From Octopus sinensis (Eukaryota): a stretch of DNA of 64,000 nt. The position numbers and the translations under genes were made by a program. The DNA is taken from positions 23,250,001-23,314,000 of the forward strand of contig NC_042999.1 in NCBI RefSeq assembly GCF_006345805.1. The letters run 5' to 3'. The notes below the pieces were generated by a model that ran no database searches, had not been told where the DNA came from, and worked only from the letters and a program-made list of their open reading frames with translations. Below are positions 38,294-50,646 of the stretch, one piece after another; position 1 is the first letter of the stretch; every line of letters begins with the position of its first letter.

Positions 38294-39208
38294 CTTTTTC
38301 TATTTCTATTCCTGAGCACTATACTAATACATTTGTTTGTTTGTACTCCACCTGCCTTTGTCTTTTGTTTATTTTCGTAAACCTTCCCATTATATATATA
38401 TATATATATATATGATGGGCTTCTTTCAGTTTCCATCTACCAAATCCACTCACAAGGCTTTGGTCGGTCCAAGGCTATAGTAGAAGACACTTGCCCAAGG
38501 TGCCACGCAGTGGGACTGAACCCAGATCTATGTGGTTGGGAAGCAAGCTTCTTACCACACAGCCATGTCTATACTTATACCTTATTTTCAGATATAACAT
38601 ATACATTACCTTATTATTTAGTGTGTTCTTCATTTTTAAGACAGCAGGTTATTATCTGAGTAAATTTTGGCAGCCATTTTTTGAAGATGAGAAGTCCACA
38701 CAAAGACTCCTTTGTTGACATGTGTATGTTTAAATGTGTGTATATGTATGGTATGTGTGTATATATGTAAAGGCAGCGAGCTGGCAGAAGCATTAGCACG
38801 CCGGGTGAAATGCTTAGCAGTATTTCGTTTGCCGCGACGTTCTGAGTTCAAATTCCGCCGAGGTCGACTTTGCCTTTCATCCTTTCAGGGTCGATTAATC
38901 AACTTAATCCGTTTGTCTGTCCTTGTTTGTCCCCTCTATGTTTAGCCCCTTGTAGGTAATAAAGAAACAGATATTTCGTCTGCCGTTACGTTGTGAGTTC
39001 AAATTCTGCCGAGGTCGACTTTGCTTTTCATTCTTTCAGGGTCGATTATATAAGTACCAGTTATGCACTGGGGTCGATATAATCGACTTAATCCGTTTGT
39101 CTGTCCTTGTTCATCCCCTCTGTGTTTAGCCCCTCGTGGGTAGTAAAGAAATAGGTATGTGTATATATGTATATGAATTTAAGTGTGTGTAAGCATGTAT
39201 ATACAAAC

Positions 39209-39509
39209 CTCTGTATGGGTCTGCATCGCTTCAAAGGACGCACAACCCTTGGCTTTGGTTTCTGCTGTGGTTTCCACACATGGGATGGTTGTGTTTCCAT
39301 ATCATCAGGTTCAATAGAGAATGGCATGACAGTGGAAGGCTCATTTTTCAGAAGAGTATTTTCCAAAGACAGACTTGGAATAGTTAGATTGCACGACAGA
39401 TGTGCTTCATTCTCCAGATTCTTTAATAAGTTTTCATGTAATTTGGTTATTCTGTGATCAGAACCATAGTGTAAAGATGGCTTCTGTAATAAGGGATCCG
39501 TCAGATATT
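39209..39509 (-). CDS. TEP1: TEP1 coding exon 2 (EYLTDPLLQK...RPLKRCRPIQR)
   Basis: gttacag| acceptor and GAG|gtttgt donor. 301-nt open frame, phase 1-2. Confidence 0.8.
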
Positions 39510-40534
39510 CTGTAACAAGAAATATTTCACAAAATTTTCAAACTAACATTACATTCAATCACATGATTAAATCATATAAATAATAATATATTAATAATAT
39601 GGGGAGTGAGGAGGCACAGTGGCCCAGTGGTTAGGGCAGCGGACTCATGGTCGGAGGGTAGCGGTTTCAATTCCCAGACCAGGCATTGTGGCTGTTTATT
39701 GAGCAAAAACATCTCAAAGCACCATGAGGCTCCGGCAGGGGAACGGGGTGGCGACCCCTGTTGTATTCTTTTGCCACAACTTTCTCTCCCTCTCTCTTCC
39801 TGTTTCTTGAGTAACGCTGCGATGGACTGGCGTCCCGTCCAGCTGGGGGGAATACATACACCACAGAAACCAGGAAACCGGGCCCATGAGCCTGGCTAGG
39901 CTTGAAAAGGGCGAAAAAAAAAGAAAAAATATGGGAAGTACCCTGGTGGCCAGTAAACGTAGGGGAGATTATCAATTCTAGTTAATATTTGGTAGGATTA
40001 GAAGTTGGAATTTGAAATCAAGGAACAAGGAAAAAGGAAAAAGATACACATAATGTATATCTTTTATTTTTCCTTGCTCGAAAAGAGGATTTTAAAACTT
40101 CCAGTCTGAGGTAATTGCGTATTGAGCCATTTCATTCTTATTAGAAATCGTCAGCATGACAGAACTCAAAGTAAAAAAGAAATTAAGCATTTTACATAAC
40201 AAGGCATTTAATAATTATACTGATTCCTAATTTTGGTATAAAGCCAAAATTAATTTAATCCCAGGAAGAGGTGGAGGGTGTATAGGAGGAAAAGGAGGAA
40301 GAAGGTTGTAGAGGAAGGGGGATTGAGGGGGAGGAGGAAGAAGACAGAGGAGGTAGAAGAGGAGTTAGCAGTGGGGGGTTGTTGTTTGTTGTTGGTGGTG
40401 GTGGTGGTGGTAGCGGAGGAGGAGGATAGCATGGAAGCTGCAAGTGTGAGCCTGGGTGAAGCTAAGAAATGGGTGCCAATCTCAATGGTAGCAGAAGATA
40501 TTTGAGGAGATTGACAATTTCATCAATTTCTTAC

Positions 40535-40580
40535 CTGAAGGAATTTCCAAGTCAGACTCCAAATTTCCCAGCAAAGGCAT
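40535..40580 (-). CDS. TEP1: TEP1 first coding exon (MPLLGNLESDLEIPSE); exon extends to acceptor at 40614 with 34 nt of 5' UTR
   Basis: ttttgcag| acceptor, in-frame TAA before the ATG, CAG|gtaaga donor. Phase 1 matches the next exon. Confidence 0.75.
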
Positions 40581-41200
40581 CTTGAATTTATTTTCTTTTT
40601 CTTTTTACCTTTTTCTGCAAAAGATACATATTTCCATACACTGTAAATTATCAACATGATTATTATTATTAGTATAAATTGACCAATTCTGAGGATACAC
40701 CTGTAGTATAAAAAGGTATTATAAAAGGAGAAAGGGGCTCTCTACCCCACTTTTGACCAAGCTCCTGTGGCTTTTATGGGTTTTTCCATGAGTAACCTTT
40801 TGAAGCGCCTCCCTCTATTGGGAATTTCAATTGTTATATTTTCGTTGTTATCTCTGGAATTTTTACACTGTTTTTTTGCAAACGGACAAAACCCTTTGTA
40901 ACTTTCGTCCTGTGTTTTGTCCCTTCATGTTTTAATTAATTTCTGTCAGCCCTTGTGGCCAATAAACGAATTAATTATTATTATTATTATTATTATATAA
41001 GAATACTGGACAAAATGCTTAGTGGCATTTTTGCTAACTTCACGTTCTAAGTTCAAATTCTATCAAGGTTAACTTTGCCTTTCATCCTTTTCAGGGGTCA
41101 ATAAAATAAGTATCAGATGAACACTGGGGTCGATGTAATTGACTTATCCCCTACCCCGAAATTGCTGGCCTTGTGGCAAAATTTGAAACCATTATCATTA

Positions 41201-43155
41201 TTAACCCTTTTGTTTCCATATTTCTGTTGAGGTGCTCTGTGTTTCTTTCACTTAATTTTAAATATAAAACATTTAGTAAAATAACCTAGTTTTAAGAACA
41301 TAAATTGTGTCTAAGGTTTGGTGGAAGATTTTAATTCAGAACTTTTGAAAACAAGACATTTGTACTACAGATCCAGAGGCGGTTCCAGTCAGGTTGGTAT
41401 CAAAAGGGTTAAAAGTATCATGGCGACTCTTACCCTTTTGTTACCATATTTCTGTTTAGGTGCCCTGTGTTTCTTTCAATTAATTTTAAATATAACAAAG
41501 AATTAAGTAAAATAACCTAGTTATTATTATTAAGCTAGTGTTAGGAACATAAATTGTGTCTAAGGTTTAGTGGAAGGTTTTAATTCAGAACTTTTGAAAA
41601 CAAGACATTTGTACTACAGATCCAGAGGAGGTTCCAGTCAGGTTGGTATCAAAAGGGTTAAAAGTATCATGGCGACTCTTACCCTTTTGTTACCATATTT
41701 CTGTTTAGGTGCCCTGTGTTTCTTTCAATTAATTTTAAATATAACAAAGAATTAAGTAAAATAACCTAGTTATTATTATTAAGCTAGTGTTAGGAACATA
41801 AATTGTGTCTAAGGTTTAGTGGAAGGTTTTAATTCAGAACTTTTGAAAACAAGACATTTGTACTACAGATCCAGAGGCGGTTCCAGTCAGGTTGGTATCA
41901 AAAGGGTTAAAAGTATCATGGCGACTTTTACCCTTTTGTTACCATATTTCTGTTGAGGTGCTCTGTGTTTCTTTCAATTAATTTTAAATATAACAAAGAA
42001 TTTAGTAAAATAACTTAGTTATCATTAAGCTAGTTTTAAGAACATAAATTGTGTCTAAGGTTTAGTGGAAGATTTTAATTCAGAACTTTTGAAAACAAGA
42101 CATTTGTACTACAGAGCCAGAGGCAAGTCCAGTCAGGTTGGTATCAAAAGGGTTAAAAGTATCATGGTGACTCTTACCCTTTTGTTACCATATTTCTGTT
42201 TAGGTGCTCTGTGTTTCTTTCAATTAATTTTAAATATAACAAAGAATTTAGTAAAATAACTTAGTTATCATTAAGCTAGTTTTAAGAACATAAATTGTGA
42301 CTAAGGTTTGGTGGAAGATTTTAATTCAGAACTTTTGAAAACAAGACATTTGTACCATAGAGCCATATATAAAATAAATTTTATATATAACAAAGAATTG
42401 AGTAAAAATAACTTAGTTATCATTAAGCTTTTGAACATGAATTGTGACTAAGGTTTGGAAGATTTTAATTCAGAACTCTTGACAACAAAACCTTTGTACT
42501 ACAGAGCCAGTGCTAGTGTTAGGAACATAAATTGTGACTAAGGTTTGGAAGATTTTGATTCAGAACTTTTGAAAACAAGACATTTGTACCACACAGCTAG
42601 AAGCAGTTTCGGACAGGTTGGTATCAAAAGGGTTAAGAATTGTTTCTCTATTATATATTTTAACCCTTTTGTTACCATATTTCTGTTGAGATGCTGTGTT
42701 TCTTTCAATTAATTTTATATATAACAAAGAATTGAGTAAAAATAACTTAGTTATCATTAAACTTTTGAACATAAATTGTGACTAAGGTTTGGAAGATTTT
42801 AATTCAGAACTTTTGAAAACAAGACATTTGTACCACACAGCCAGAAGTAGTTTCAGGCAGGTTGGTATCAAAAGGGTTAAGAATTGTTTCTCTATTATAT
42901 ATTTTAACCCTTTTGTTACCATATTTCTGTTGAGATGCTGTGTTTCTTTCAATTAATTTTATATATAACAAAGAATTGAGTAAAAATAACTTAGTTATCA
43001 TTAAACTTTTGAACATAAATTGCGACTAAGGTTTGGAAGATTTTAATTCAGAACTCTTGAAACAAGACTTTTGTACTACAGAGCCAGTGCTAGTGTTAGG
43101 AACATAAATTGTGGCTAAGGTTTGTGGCAGATTTTAATTCAGAATTTTTGAAAAC
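41201..43155. repeat. Tandem satellite of a piggyBac-like MITE (period about 244-249 bp)
   Basis: Units TTAA/TTA-CCCTTTT...AAAAGGG-TTAA ending at 41412, 41661, 41910, 42156, 42638 and 42880. Confidence 0.9.
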
Positions 43156-43315
43156 ATGCTAAGTGGAATTTCTCTCTGCTCTTTTCAATCAGAGTTCAAA
43201 AACTGGCAAAATTAGCTTTGTCTTTTATCCTTTGAAGGACAATAAAATCAGAAGACTCATCGAGCCAAGCGAAATCGTAGTTCCGTATTTTCTCTCCTTG
43301 TTTCTTTCTTTGTTC

Positions 43316-43351
43316 CTTTCTGTAGAAGAGCATAGGCTCAAAACGTTAAAG
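43316..43351 (+). ncRNA. Hammerhead-like H2 copy (G12 mutated)
   Basis: CUUU-CUGUAGA-A-GAGC(AUAG)GCUC-AAAACGU-U-AAAG. Confidence 0.5.
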
Positions 43352-43443
43352 ACTTTTTCACTTCCTGAGCGTTAAACTAATACATCTGTTTGTTGTCTAC
43401 ACCACCTGTCTTCAGCTTTTGTTGGGTTTTTTTTGTGAATTCT

Positions 43444-43480
<37 letters not shown>

Positions 43481-43751
43481 GTTAGGAAGGGCATCCAGCT
43501 GTAGAAACATTGCCAAATAAGACTGGAGCTTGGTGCAGCCTTCTGGCTTCCCAGATCCCCGGACTTCACCTAGCAAAATATTTTATTTGCTAAAAAATGT
43601 CTGAAACCATTAGTCCAGGTGTTGGATGGTAAATGTTTATATTTTTCATTCATTTCGAAATTTTATCCCTAATAGTGGTTTGGAATTTAACTGTTCTCTC
43701 TAGCATGCAAGGAATCCTATGATGGATGCCTCTTAAGTGTTTAAATGTACA

Positions 43752-43786
<35 letters not shown>

Positions 43787-43868
43787 GAATTTACAAAAAA
43801 AAAAGACAAAGACAGGTGTGTAAACAACAAACGGATGTATTAGTTTAACGCTCGAGAAGTGATAAAGT

Positions 43869-43904
43869 TTTTTACACTTCGAGCCTAAGCTCTTCCGCAG
43901 AAAG
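43869..43904 (-). ncRNA. Hammerhead-like H2 copy (CUGCGGA core, degenerate stem III)
   Basis: CUUU-CUGCGGA-A-GAGC(UUAG)GCUC-GAAGUGU-AAAAA. Confidence 0.45.
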
Positions 43905-44055
43905 GAACACAAAAATAAACAGGGAGAGAAAATAGAAAAAGGTTTAGTGGCTAACATTGTCACTTTGTAATATTGCACATTCTAAAACACTTGTATAACA
44001 TTAATTTCTTTTAACCCATGCTTTTCAAATTCCTTAATCCCCTTCCCAGACCAAG

Positions 44056-44154
44056 ATGGTAAGTGATACCCGACAGGGTTCTTGGCTGTTCCAACGCCTT
44101 AGCCTCGCCATCGCCCGCGATAATGCTGTTAGTGTTTTTGGCTTGCTTCAGTAG
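44056..44154 (+). mobile_element. CRE-like non-LTR C-terminal remnant
   Basis: DTRQGSWLFQRLSLAIARDNAVSVFG* matches the LFQRLS.AI.RGNA..V.G terminus. Confidence 0.75.
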
Positions 44155-44511
44155 GTTCCGTTGAACCTTGTGGTGTGCAGACAATTAAAGTGTGGTACTA
44201 CTTGAGAACAGTGGTCCCGGTGCGCGCACTCACGTAGTCGCGCATCCGCACTAGCTAGTCATGACTAGTCGATCCATACTTTGTGTTTTTGTGTGTTATT
44301 TACTTTTACTCTTTTACTTGTTTTAGTCATTTGACTGCAGCCATGCTGGAGCACCACCTTTAATCAAGCAACTCGACCCGGGACTTTGTAAGCCCAGTAC
44401 TAATTCTATCGGTCTCTATTGCCGAACCGCTAAGTTACGGGGACAGAAACACACCAGCATCGGTTATCAAGCAATACTAGGGGGACAAACACAGACACAC
44501 AAACACACACG

Positions 44512-44559
<48 letters not shown>

Positions 44560-44929
44560 TACGACGGGCTTCTTTCAGTTTCCGTCTACCAAATCCACTC
44601 ACAAAGCTTTGGTCGGCCCGAGGCTATAGTAGAAGACACTTGCGCAAGATGCCACGCAGTGGGACTGAACCCGGAACCATGTGGTTGGTTAGCAAGCTAC
44701 TTACCACACAGCCACTCCTGCGCCTATGCTATGTATGTAATTAATAAATTTTAGCATGATTTTATAATTAAAAGAAAAAAATGTAGACAATGATAATATA
44801 TAAATGAAACTGCCACTCATGAAAAAAAAATTCTTATAAATTTCATTTTCGTTCTCGCCATCCACTCCCATCATCATCATTTTTATCTTTTCACTCGTTT
44901 TTCTTTCTTGCCACTAAAAAACGTCAAAA

Positions 44930-45445
44930 TCGGAATCGAAATTGAACCAATCCTATGACTGGCACCCGGCAGATGCCAGGACCCCTGGACTGGTGGCACA
45001 TAAAAAGCACTATCCGAATCGTGGCCGATGCCAGCTCCGCCTCGACTGGCTTCTGTGCTGGTGGCACATAAAATGCACCAATCCGACCGTGGCCGTTGCC
45101 AGCCTCACCCAGCTTCTGTGCCGGTGACACGTAAAATGCACCAATCCGAACGTGGCCGATGCCAGTGCCGCCTCGACCGGCTTCCGTGCCAGTGGCACGA
45201 AAATTGCACCAATCCGACCGTGGCCGTTGCCAGCCTCGCCTGGCACCTGTGCAGGTGGCACGTAAAAAGCACCCACTACACTCACGGAGTGGTTGGTGTT
45301 ATGAAGGGCATCCAGCAGTAGAAACACTGCCAGATCAGACTGGAGCCTGGTGCAGCCTTCTGGCTTCCCAGATCCCCAGTCGAACCGTCCAACCCATGCT
45401 AGCATGGAGAACGGACGTTAAACGATGATGATGATGATGATGATA
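44930..45445 (+). mobile_element. Family C RTE-tail element with about 55-60 bp internal GTGCCGGTGGCAC repeats (representative)
   Basis: About 20 copies, approx.: 725-1090, 3310-3545, 11900-12120, 17270-17415, 17980-18362, 21950-22345, 24905-25210, 28720-29180, 29275-29660, 31465-31710, 32040-32460, 33875-34225, 36683-36834, 57700-57895, 61230-61550, 62120-62215, 62375-62695, 63085-63450. Confidence 0.85.
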
Positions 45446-46173
45446 CGTAAATCAAATGAATTTATTAAGCCACTCGTGGTTGCTGGAGCTGCTAAAAATA
45501 ACAGCTGAACCATATTGCGCATTTATCACACATATACACACACACACAGACCACCCAATACCATCAAAGTTTTGGTGTTTTGATGGTGAAGTTGAACAAT
45601 TCATGGCAGTAAGGCTTTTTTTTTTTTTTGGCCATTACAAGATGTACAGAGGAGGTTAACTTTGCCTTTCACCCTTTGCAGATTGATAAAAAAAATACCA
45701 GTAGATCATTGGTGGTCGATATAACTGGCTATACCGCACCTGCTCCTAAAATTGCTGGTCTTGTGCCAAAAAGTTGAAACTTTTAGACAAAGTACAGATC
45801 AAAATAAATAGAAATACCTATATAATTCCAATCAAATTGGATTATATATCCTATTTTTTCCATTTCCCAGACAAGACAAAATTATCCTTCTCATCAAGAC
45901 ATTAGCGATCAGCTGTTATCCTTCAGTCGAGAAATTCACTATTTCTTGTCAAGATTTCTATCCACTCCAAAGTAATATTCAGTTTAAAAAAACTTAGAGA
46001 TAAAGCAATTAAGAAGTAAAATATGCCGTTAGAAAAAGTTGGTGCGACCACCTGTTGTTGCTGTGATAAAGAGAGGGGGAAACGACAGTATGTGTGTGTG
46101 GTCACTATATTTTTCCTTCAATATTCTGTAATCTTTTCTACATTTCTGACAAGTGAAATAAAATGATTTTATA

Positions 46174-46565
46174 CGAGTGGCTGTGTGGTAAGTAGCTTGC
46201 TAACCAGCCACACGGTTCCGGGTTCAGTCCCACTGCATGGCACCTTGGGCAAGTGTCTTCTGTTATAGCCTCGGGCCAACCAAAGCCTTGTGAGTGGATT
46301 TGGTAGACGGAAACTGAAAAAAGCCTGTCGTATATATGTTTATATATATGTATGTATATGTGTGTGTATGTTTGTGTTTGTCCCTCTAGCATTGCTTGAC
46401 AACCGATGCTGGTGTGTTTACGTCCCCGTCACTTAGCGGTTCGGCAAAAAAGACCGATAAAATAAGTACTGGGCTTACAAAGAATAAGTCCTGGGGTCGA
46501 TTTGCTCGACTAAAAGGCGGTGCTCCAGCATGGCCGCAGTCAAATGACTGAAACAAGTAAAACAG
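46174..46565 (+). mobile_element. tRNA-derived SINE family A (GAGTGGCTGTGTGGTAAGTAGC...; internal TA/TG microsatellite), representative
   Basis: A/B-box head and GTAAAAGA tail. Other copies approx.: 1305-1850, 2310-2735, 8900-9300, 13185-13915, 15045-15465, 20770-21110, 28050-28455, 30690-31170, 34497-34885, 44303-44725, 51668-52100, 53891-54270. Confidence 0.88.
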
Positions 46566-47479
46566 TATACATCTTTGTCTTATTTTCTATAATAGCTCGT
46601 TATTAAAACGCAAGAAAAGTTTTAAGGTTTCGTTTCCTATATTTAGTAGAGATACTAAATAACATTTCGCTGTTTCAGTTTTTTTTTTTTTTGTTATTTT
46701 ACTTCCATCCCACTGGTGCTCTAAAATGCTATTTAACCTCTGGCAGAATCGCTAGCACGCCAGGCGAAATGCTTAGCGGTATTTCGTCCGTCGCTACGTT
46801 CTGAGTTCAAATTCCGCCGAGGTCGACTTTGCCTTTCATCCTTTCGGGGTCGATAAATTAAGTACCAGTTACGCACTCTGGTCGATGTAATCGACTTAAT
46901 ACCTATGTCTGTCCTTGTTTGTCCCCTCTATGTTTAGCCCCTTGTGGGTAATAAAGAAATAGGTATTTCGTTTGTCGCTACGTTCTGAGTTCAAATTCAG
47001 CCGAGGTCGACTTTGCCTTTCATCCTTTCGGGGTCGATAAATTAAGTACCAGTTACGCACTCTGGTCGATGTAATCGACTTAATACCTATGTCTGTCCTT
47101 GTTTGTCCCCTCTATGTTTAGCCCCTTGTTGGCAGTTAAGAAATATATTTAGCCTCAATACTTCCTAACTGACCACATTTTGGCATGTTTATCTAGATTA
47201 ATCAATAACCCTAGATTTACCAGAGTCGTGGAGAATTTCTAAATATTTTCTACTCGTTCACAAGAACACAATAGTATGAAAATCATGGTTGAATAAGCCA
47301 ACATTTTTTCAATAGATCGATATAAAACCATAAAGCAATGAGGGCTTCATGACTGATAAACCTGTCTCTCTCTTCAGTATGCTTTGTTTACAGAAACTCA
47401 CGCTTCCGTTAATAGTATCTAGCATGATGCTAACCTGATACAGACCGATTTTATTGGTTTTGTTTTATTAATAATGCAG

Positions 47480-47553
47480 CAGTAGCCGCCCCAGGATTGG
47501 ACATTCTATCGATGATGAATTATACTCAACAATCAATACTGCATACACACAAT
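47480..47553 (+). other. Candidate isolated + strand exon
   Basis: taatgcag|cag acceptor and AAT|gtgagt donor. Two open frames. No partner exons found. Confidence 0.2.
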
Positions 47554-48143
47554 GTGAGTATTTATAACTGCTTGTAACTATGTTGGTTTTCTTCTGTGGT
47601 AATTAAGGCGGCGAGCTGGCAGAAACGTTAGCACGCCGGTATTTCGTCTGCGTTACGTTGTGAGTTCGAATTCCGCCGAGGTCGACTTTGCCTTTCATCC
47701 TTTCGGGGTCGATAAATTAAGTACCAGTTACGCACTGGGGTTGATGTAATCGATTTAATACCTATGTCTGTCCTTGTTTGTCCCCTCTGTGTTTAGCCCC
47801 TTGTGTTTGAACTCAGAACGTAGCGACAAACGAAATACCTATTTCTTTATTAATAAAGAAATAGGTAATTATTTACGGTATACACAACCAACGTGTTCTG
47901 AGTAGAATATAAGATTAAATATCTGTTTCTTTATTACCCACAAGGGGCTAAACGTAGAGGGGACAAACAAGGACAGACAAACGGATTAAGTCGATTACAT
48001 CGACTCCAGTGCGTAACTGGTACTTGATTTATCGACCCCGAAAGGATGAAAGGCAAAGTCGACCTCGGTGGAATTTAAACTCAGAACGGCTACGCATTTC
48101 GCCCGGCGTGCTAACGGTTCTGCCAGCTCGCCGCCTTACAAGA

Positions 48144-48340
48144 TTAAATATCGGGCCCTCAGTAGTTTTTGAGGTTAAAATTGGGTCCTCACAAGTTTAT
48201 CATTAACTGTCATATCCCCATTAGCAAATGAAATTAATATAATATAATACGGGTTCTCAGTAATATTTAAGGTTAATATCGGGCTCTCACTAATATATCA
48301 AGTTTATACTGGGCCCTCGGTGGAATACGAAGTTAATATC
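48144..48340. repeat. Degenerate 30-bp minisatellite
   Basis: About 5 units of TTAATATCGGG(C/T)(C/T)CTCA...AAG. Confidence 0.65.
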
Positions 48341-48914
48341 TTCTCTGCAAATTCGGTTCTGTTTAAACGGACTGGACTTATCAGACAGTTATTCACACTG
48401 CACTTTCATCCTTCAAACGTCGATAACTATGATGTACATTTAAACTTATAAGTACTTTAAGAAAATAGGTCGATATATGTTACGGTATATGTAATTTGAA
48501 ATAAACTCACTTTCTAGTCGAAAGTCAGGTTCACCTAAAAACAATCCTACGACGATCGTATAATTAATAATCTTTTATTTCCACATAATTTGAACTCACA
48601 GTAGAGTAAATAAACTGTGAAGTAAGTAATATTTACTGTAAAACCTCGGACCTAGTTTTTGTTCCACGGTTGAAAGATTTTTACAAATGCCAACGAGAAA
48701 GGAATGTTACACAATCACATTTTAACTCTTATAATAAACTTTATGCATTGTAACTGCACTAAACTCAGACATACATACATACAGCTTCAATAAAAGTTTA
48801 TTTCAATGGATAGAGTAATTTGATAGTATTTTTAGTTAATCACAAGACTACCCGTCCATTTCCATCTGATATAAACAAGATAACAGTTAATGTATTGCTG
48901 GCCGTCAGCCAAAA

Positions 48915-48969
48915 TTACTGCAGCTTATTTTGGTCTGACACCAAAGTGTTAAAAACTTGGTGCAAAGCT
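48915..48969 (-). CDS. Candidate terminal exon joined to 50647 (ALHQVFNTLVSDQNKLQ*)
   Basis: tctgcttttag| acceptor, compatible phase, AATAAA at 48802-48797. Confidence 0.22.
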
Positions 48970-49061
48970 CTAAAAGCAGATATTATAAAGAATATTACAT
49001 AGAAGGAGTGTATATTTTTACCTCATAATTTTAAACACTGCTAAGAAAAAAACCATTGTTC

Positions 49062-49093
<32 letters not shown>

Positions 49094-49162
49094 TAAATTA
49101 GAGATAAAACCACTATTATGCAACTCAAACAGTGATAGACATAAACCAATACTTAAGTAACC

Positions 49163-49197
<35 letters not shown>

Positions 49198-49244
49198 TAA
49201 CTTATAACTAGATCTCAAAAAGTATAAAATGAATGATAAATATA

Positions 49245-49295
<51 letters not shown>

Positions 49296-49368
49296 ATAAA
49301 CAAAAAAATTGTCCAAACTAGTTTCTTCAAGACTATGAATAGTTTTCTGAACATTTATAAAGAGAAAG

Positions 49369-49403
49369 TCTTACAGCTGTTTTATATATCCCATCATCAG
49401 AGA
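49369..49403 (-). ncRNA. Degenerate H3-related hammerhead with short stem II
   Basis: GUCU-CUGAUGA-UGGGAUAUAUA-AAAACAGCUGU-A-AGAC. G12 lost. Confidence 0.45.
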
Positions 49404-49513
49404 CGGTGCGAGAAAATGTTTTAAGTAATAGTTATTATAGAGAAGATATGAAATACAGAGTGAAGTGGAGGAATGCAAACAGACGTGAGATACGTAAGGA
49501 TATATACACTTAC

Positions 49514-49620
49514 ACGTGTGTGTGTATACATACACTAGTCAGTCTGCTTTTCGGCGTGCCGTATCCGACACACCCTTACTGGGTCAGCGCAGTCAGTGCT
49601 TGTGCAACGAAATTACGCAA
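49514..49620 (-). promoter_or_regulatory. CpG-enriched segment ending in a GTAAGT donor; candidate TEP1 non-coding first exon/promoter
   Basis: CGT|gtaagt at 49513 and local CpG enrichment. TEP1 needs an exon upstream of the 40614 acceptor. Confidence 0.3.
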
Positions 49621-50646
49621 TGATATAAAAATAATGATGATGATTTTAGCAGTGGCACCGGACAACACATTTGCCAGGATGCTGTTGTCAGTTAGATCGT
49701 CCTCGATACTTAATTGGTATTTTATTTTATCTATCCTAGAAGGATTAAAAAGCAAAGTTCACTTCGGTGCAATTTGAACTCGTAACGTAAAACAGCTGTA
49801 ATGACAATAATTTACAAATAAAAAGTATTTTCTTGGGGATAAATCTACAATTGAATAAGATGGTTTGAATAATGTTTATGTTTTTGTCGAGTGAATTAGT
49901 TGACTTCAAATAAGAACTAAAACTTCTTTAAGGAAATGAACTAGAAGCAGTAGTGTTAAAACCTTGAGGTGGAAAGATAAATCCAGTATATGGCCGTATC
50001 GAACCTGTTAAGCATATAAGAAAGAGTTTGATTCTTTTCGACTTATCACATATTCGTCCATAAACCCATAACGCCTCTCAAGTTCTTTTAATATTCTATT
50101 AACCCTAAAGCCACGTCTAGACTGGTCTTCTACGATAAGCATGCAGATTAAACTTTTTCTTCTTCTTTGGTACCTTTATTTACCTATATTAACTACTACT
50201 ATTTGTTGATTTAATAACCTGTTGTCAGTGTAAAAAAAAAAAACGAATAGAACACCGTCTCCACACTTAGAAATTGATACTTAAAACCATGTCAAACGCA
50301 GTGGTTTTTATTTAGTTCCCGGTCATCCCTGATTATAAAGACAGTTTAACCATGACAACTCCGTTTTTGTTTTTCTCTTTAATATTACACACCTAGAATT
50401 ACATTACACAACGTATCTCTATCTTTTCAAAACAGCAGAGTGTAATATAAAGAGGATTTAACTGTTATTTCTAGCAGGACGTATCAAGTACCGATTAGAA
50501 GTAACGCCGCAAAATTATTAGTTCGCAATTTGATTTGTTTTGATTTTTTTTTCCTTCACGGATGAAACAAACCATGGAGATCACGAGTTAAATATATGTA
50601 TATATAACAAGTAAAGAGTAAATATATATATAAAGTAATAACAAAC

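Noticed and set aside
45000-45260. CRISPR-like repeat/spacer pattern
   Set aside because: Eukaryotic RTE-tail internal tandem repeats; the spacers are homologous to each other and there are no cas genes.
47480-47553. CAP/SCP-domain exon suggested by QQSILHTHN
   Set aside because: No further CAP exons found on the + strand, and a second frame is equally open.
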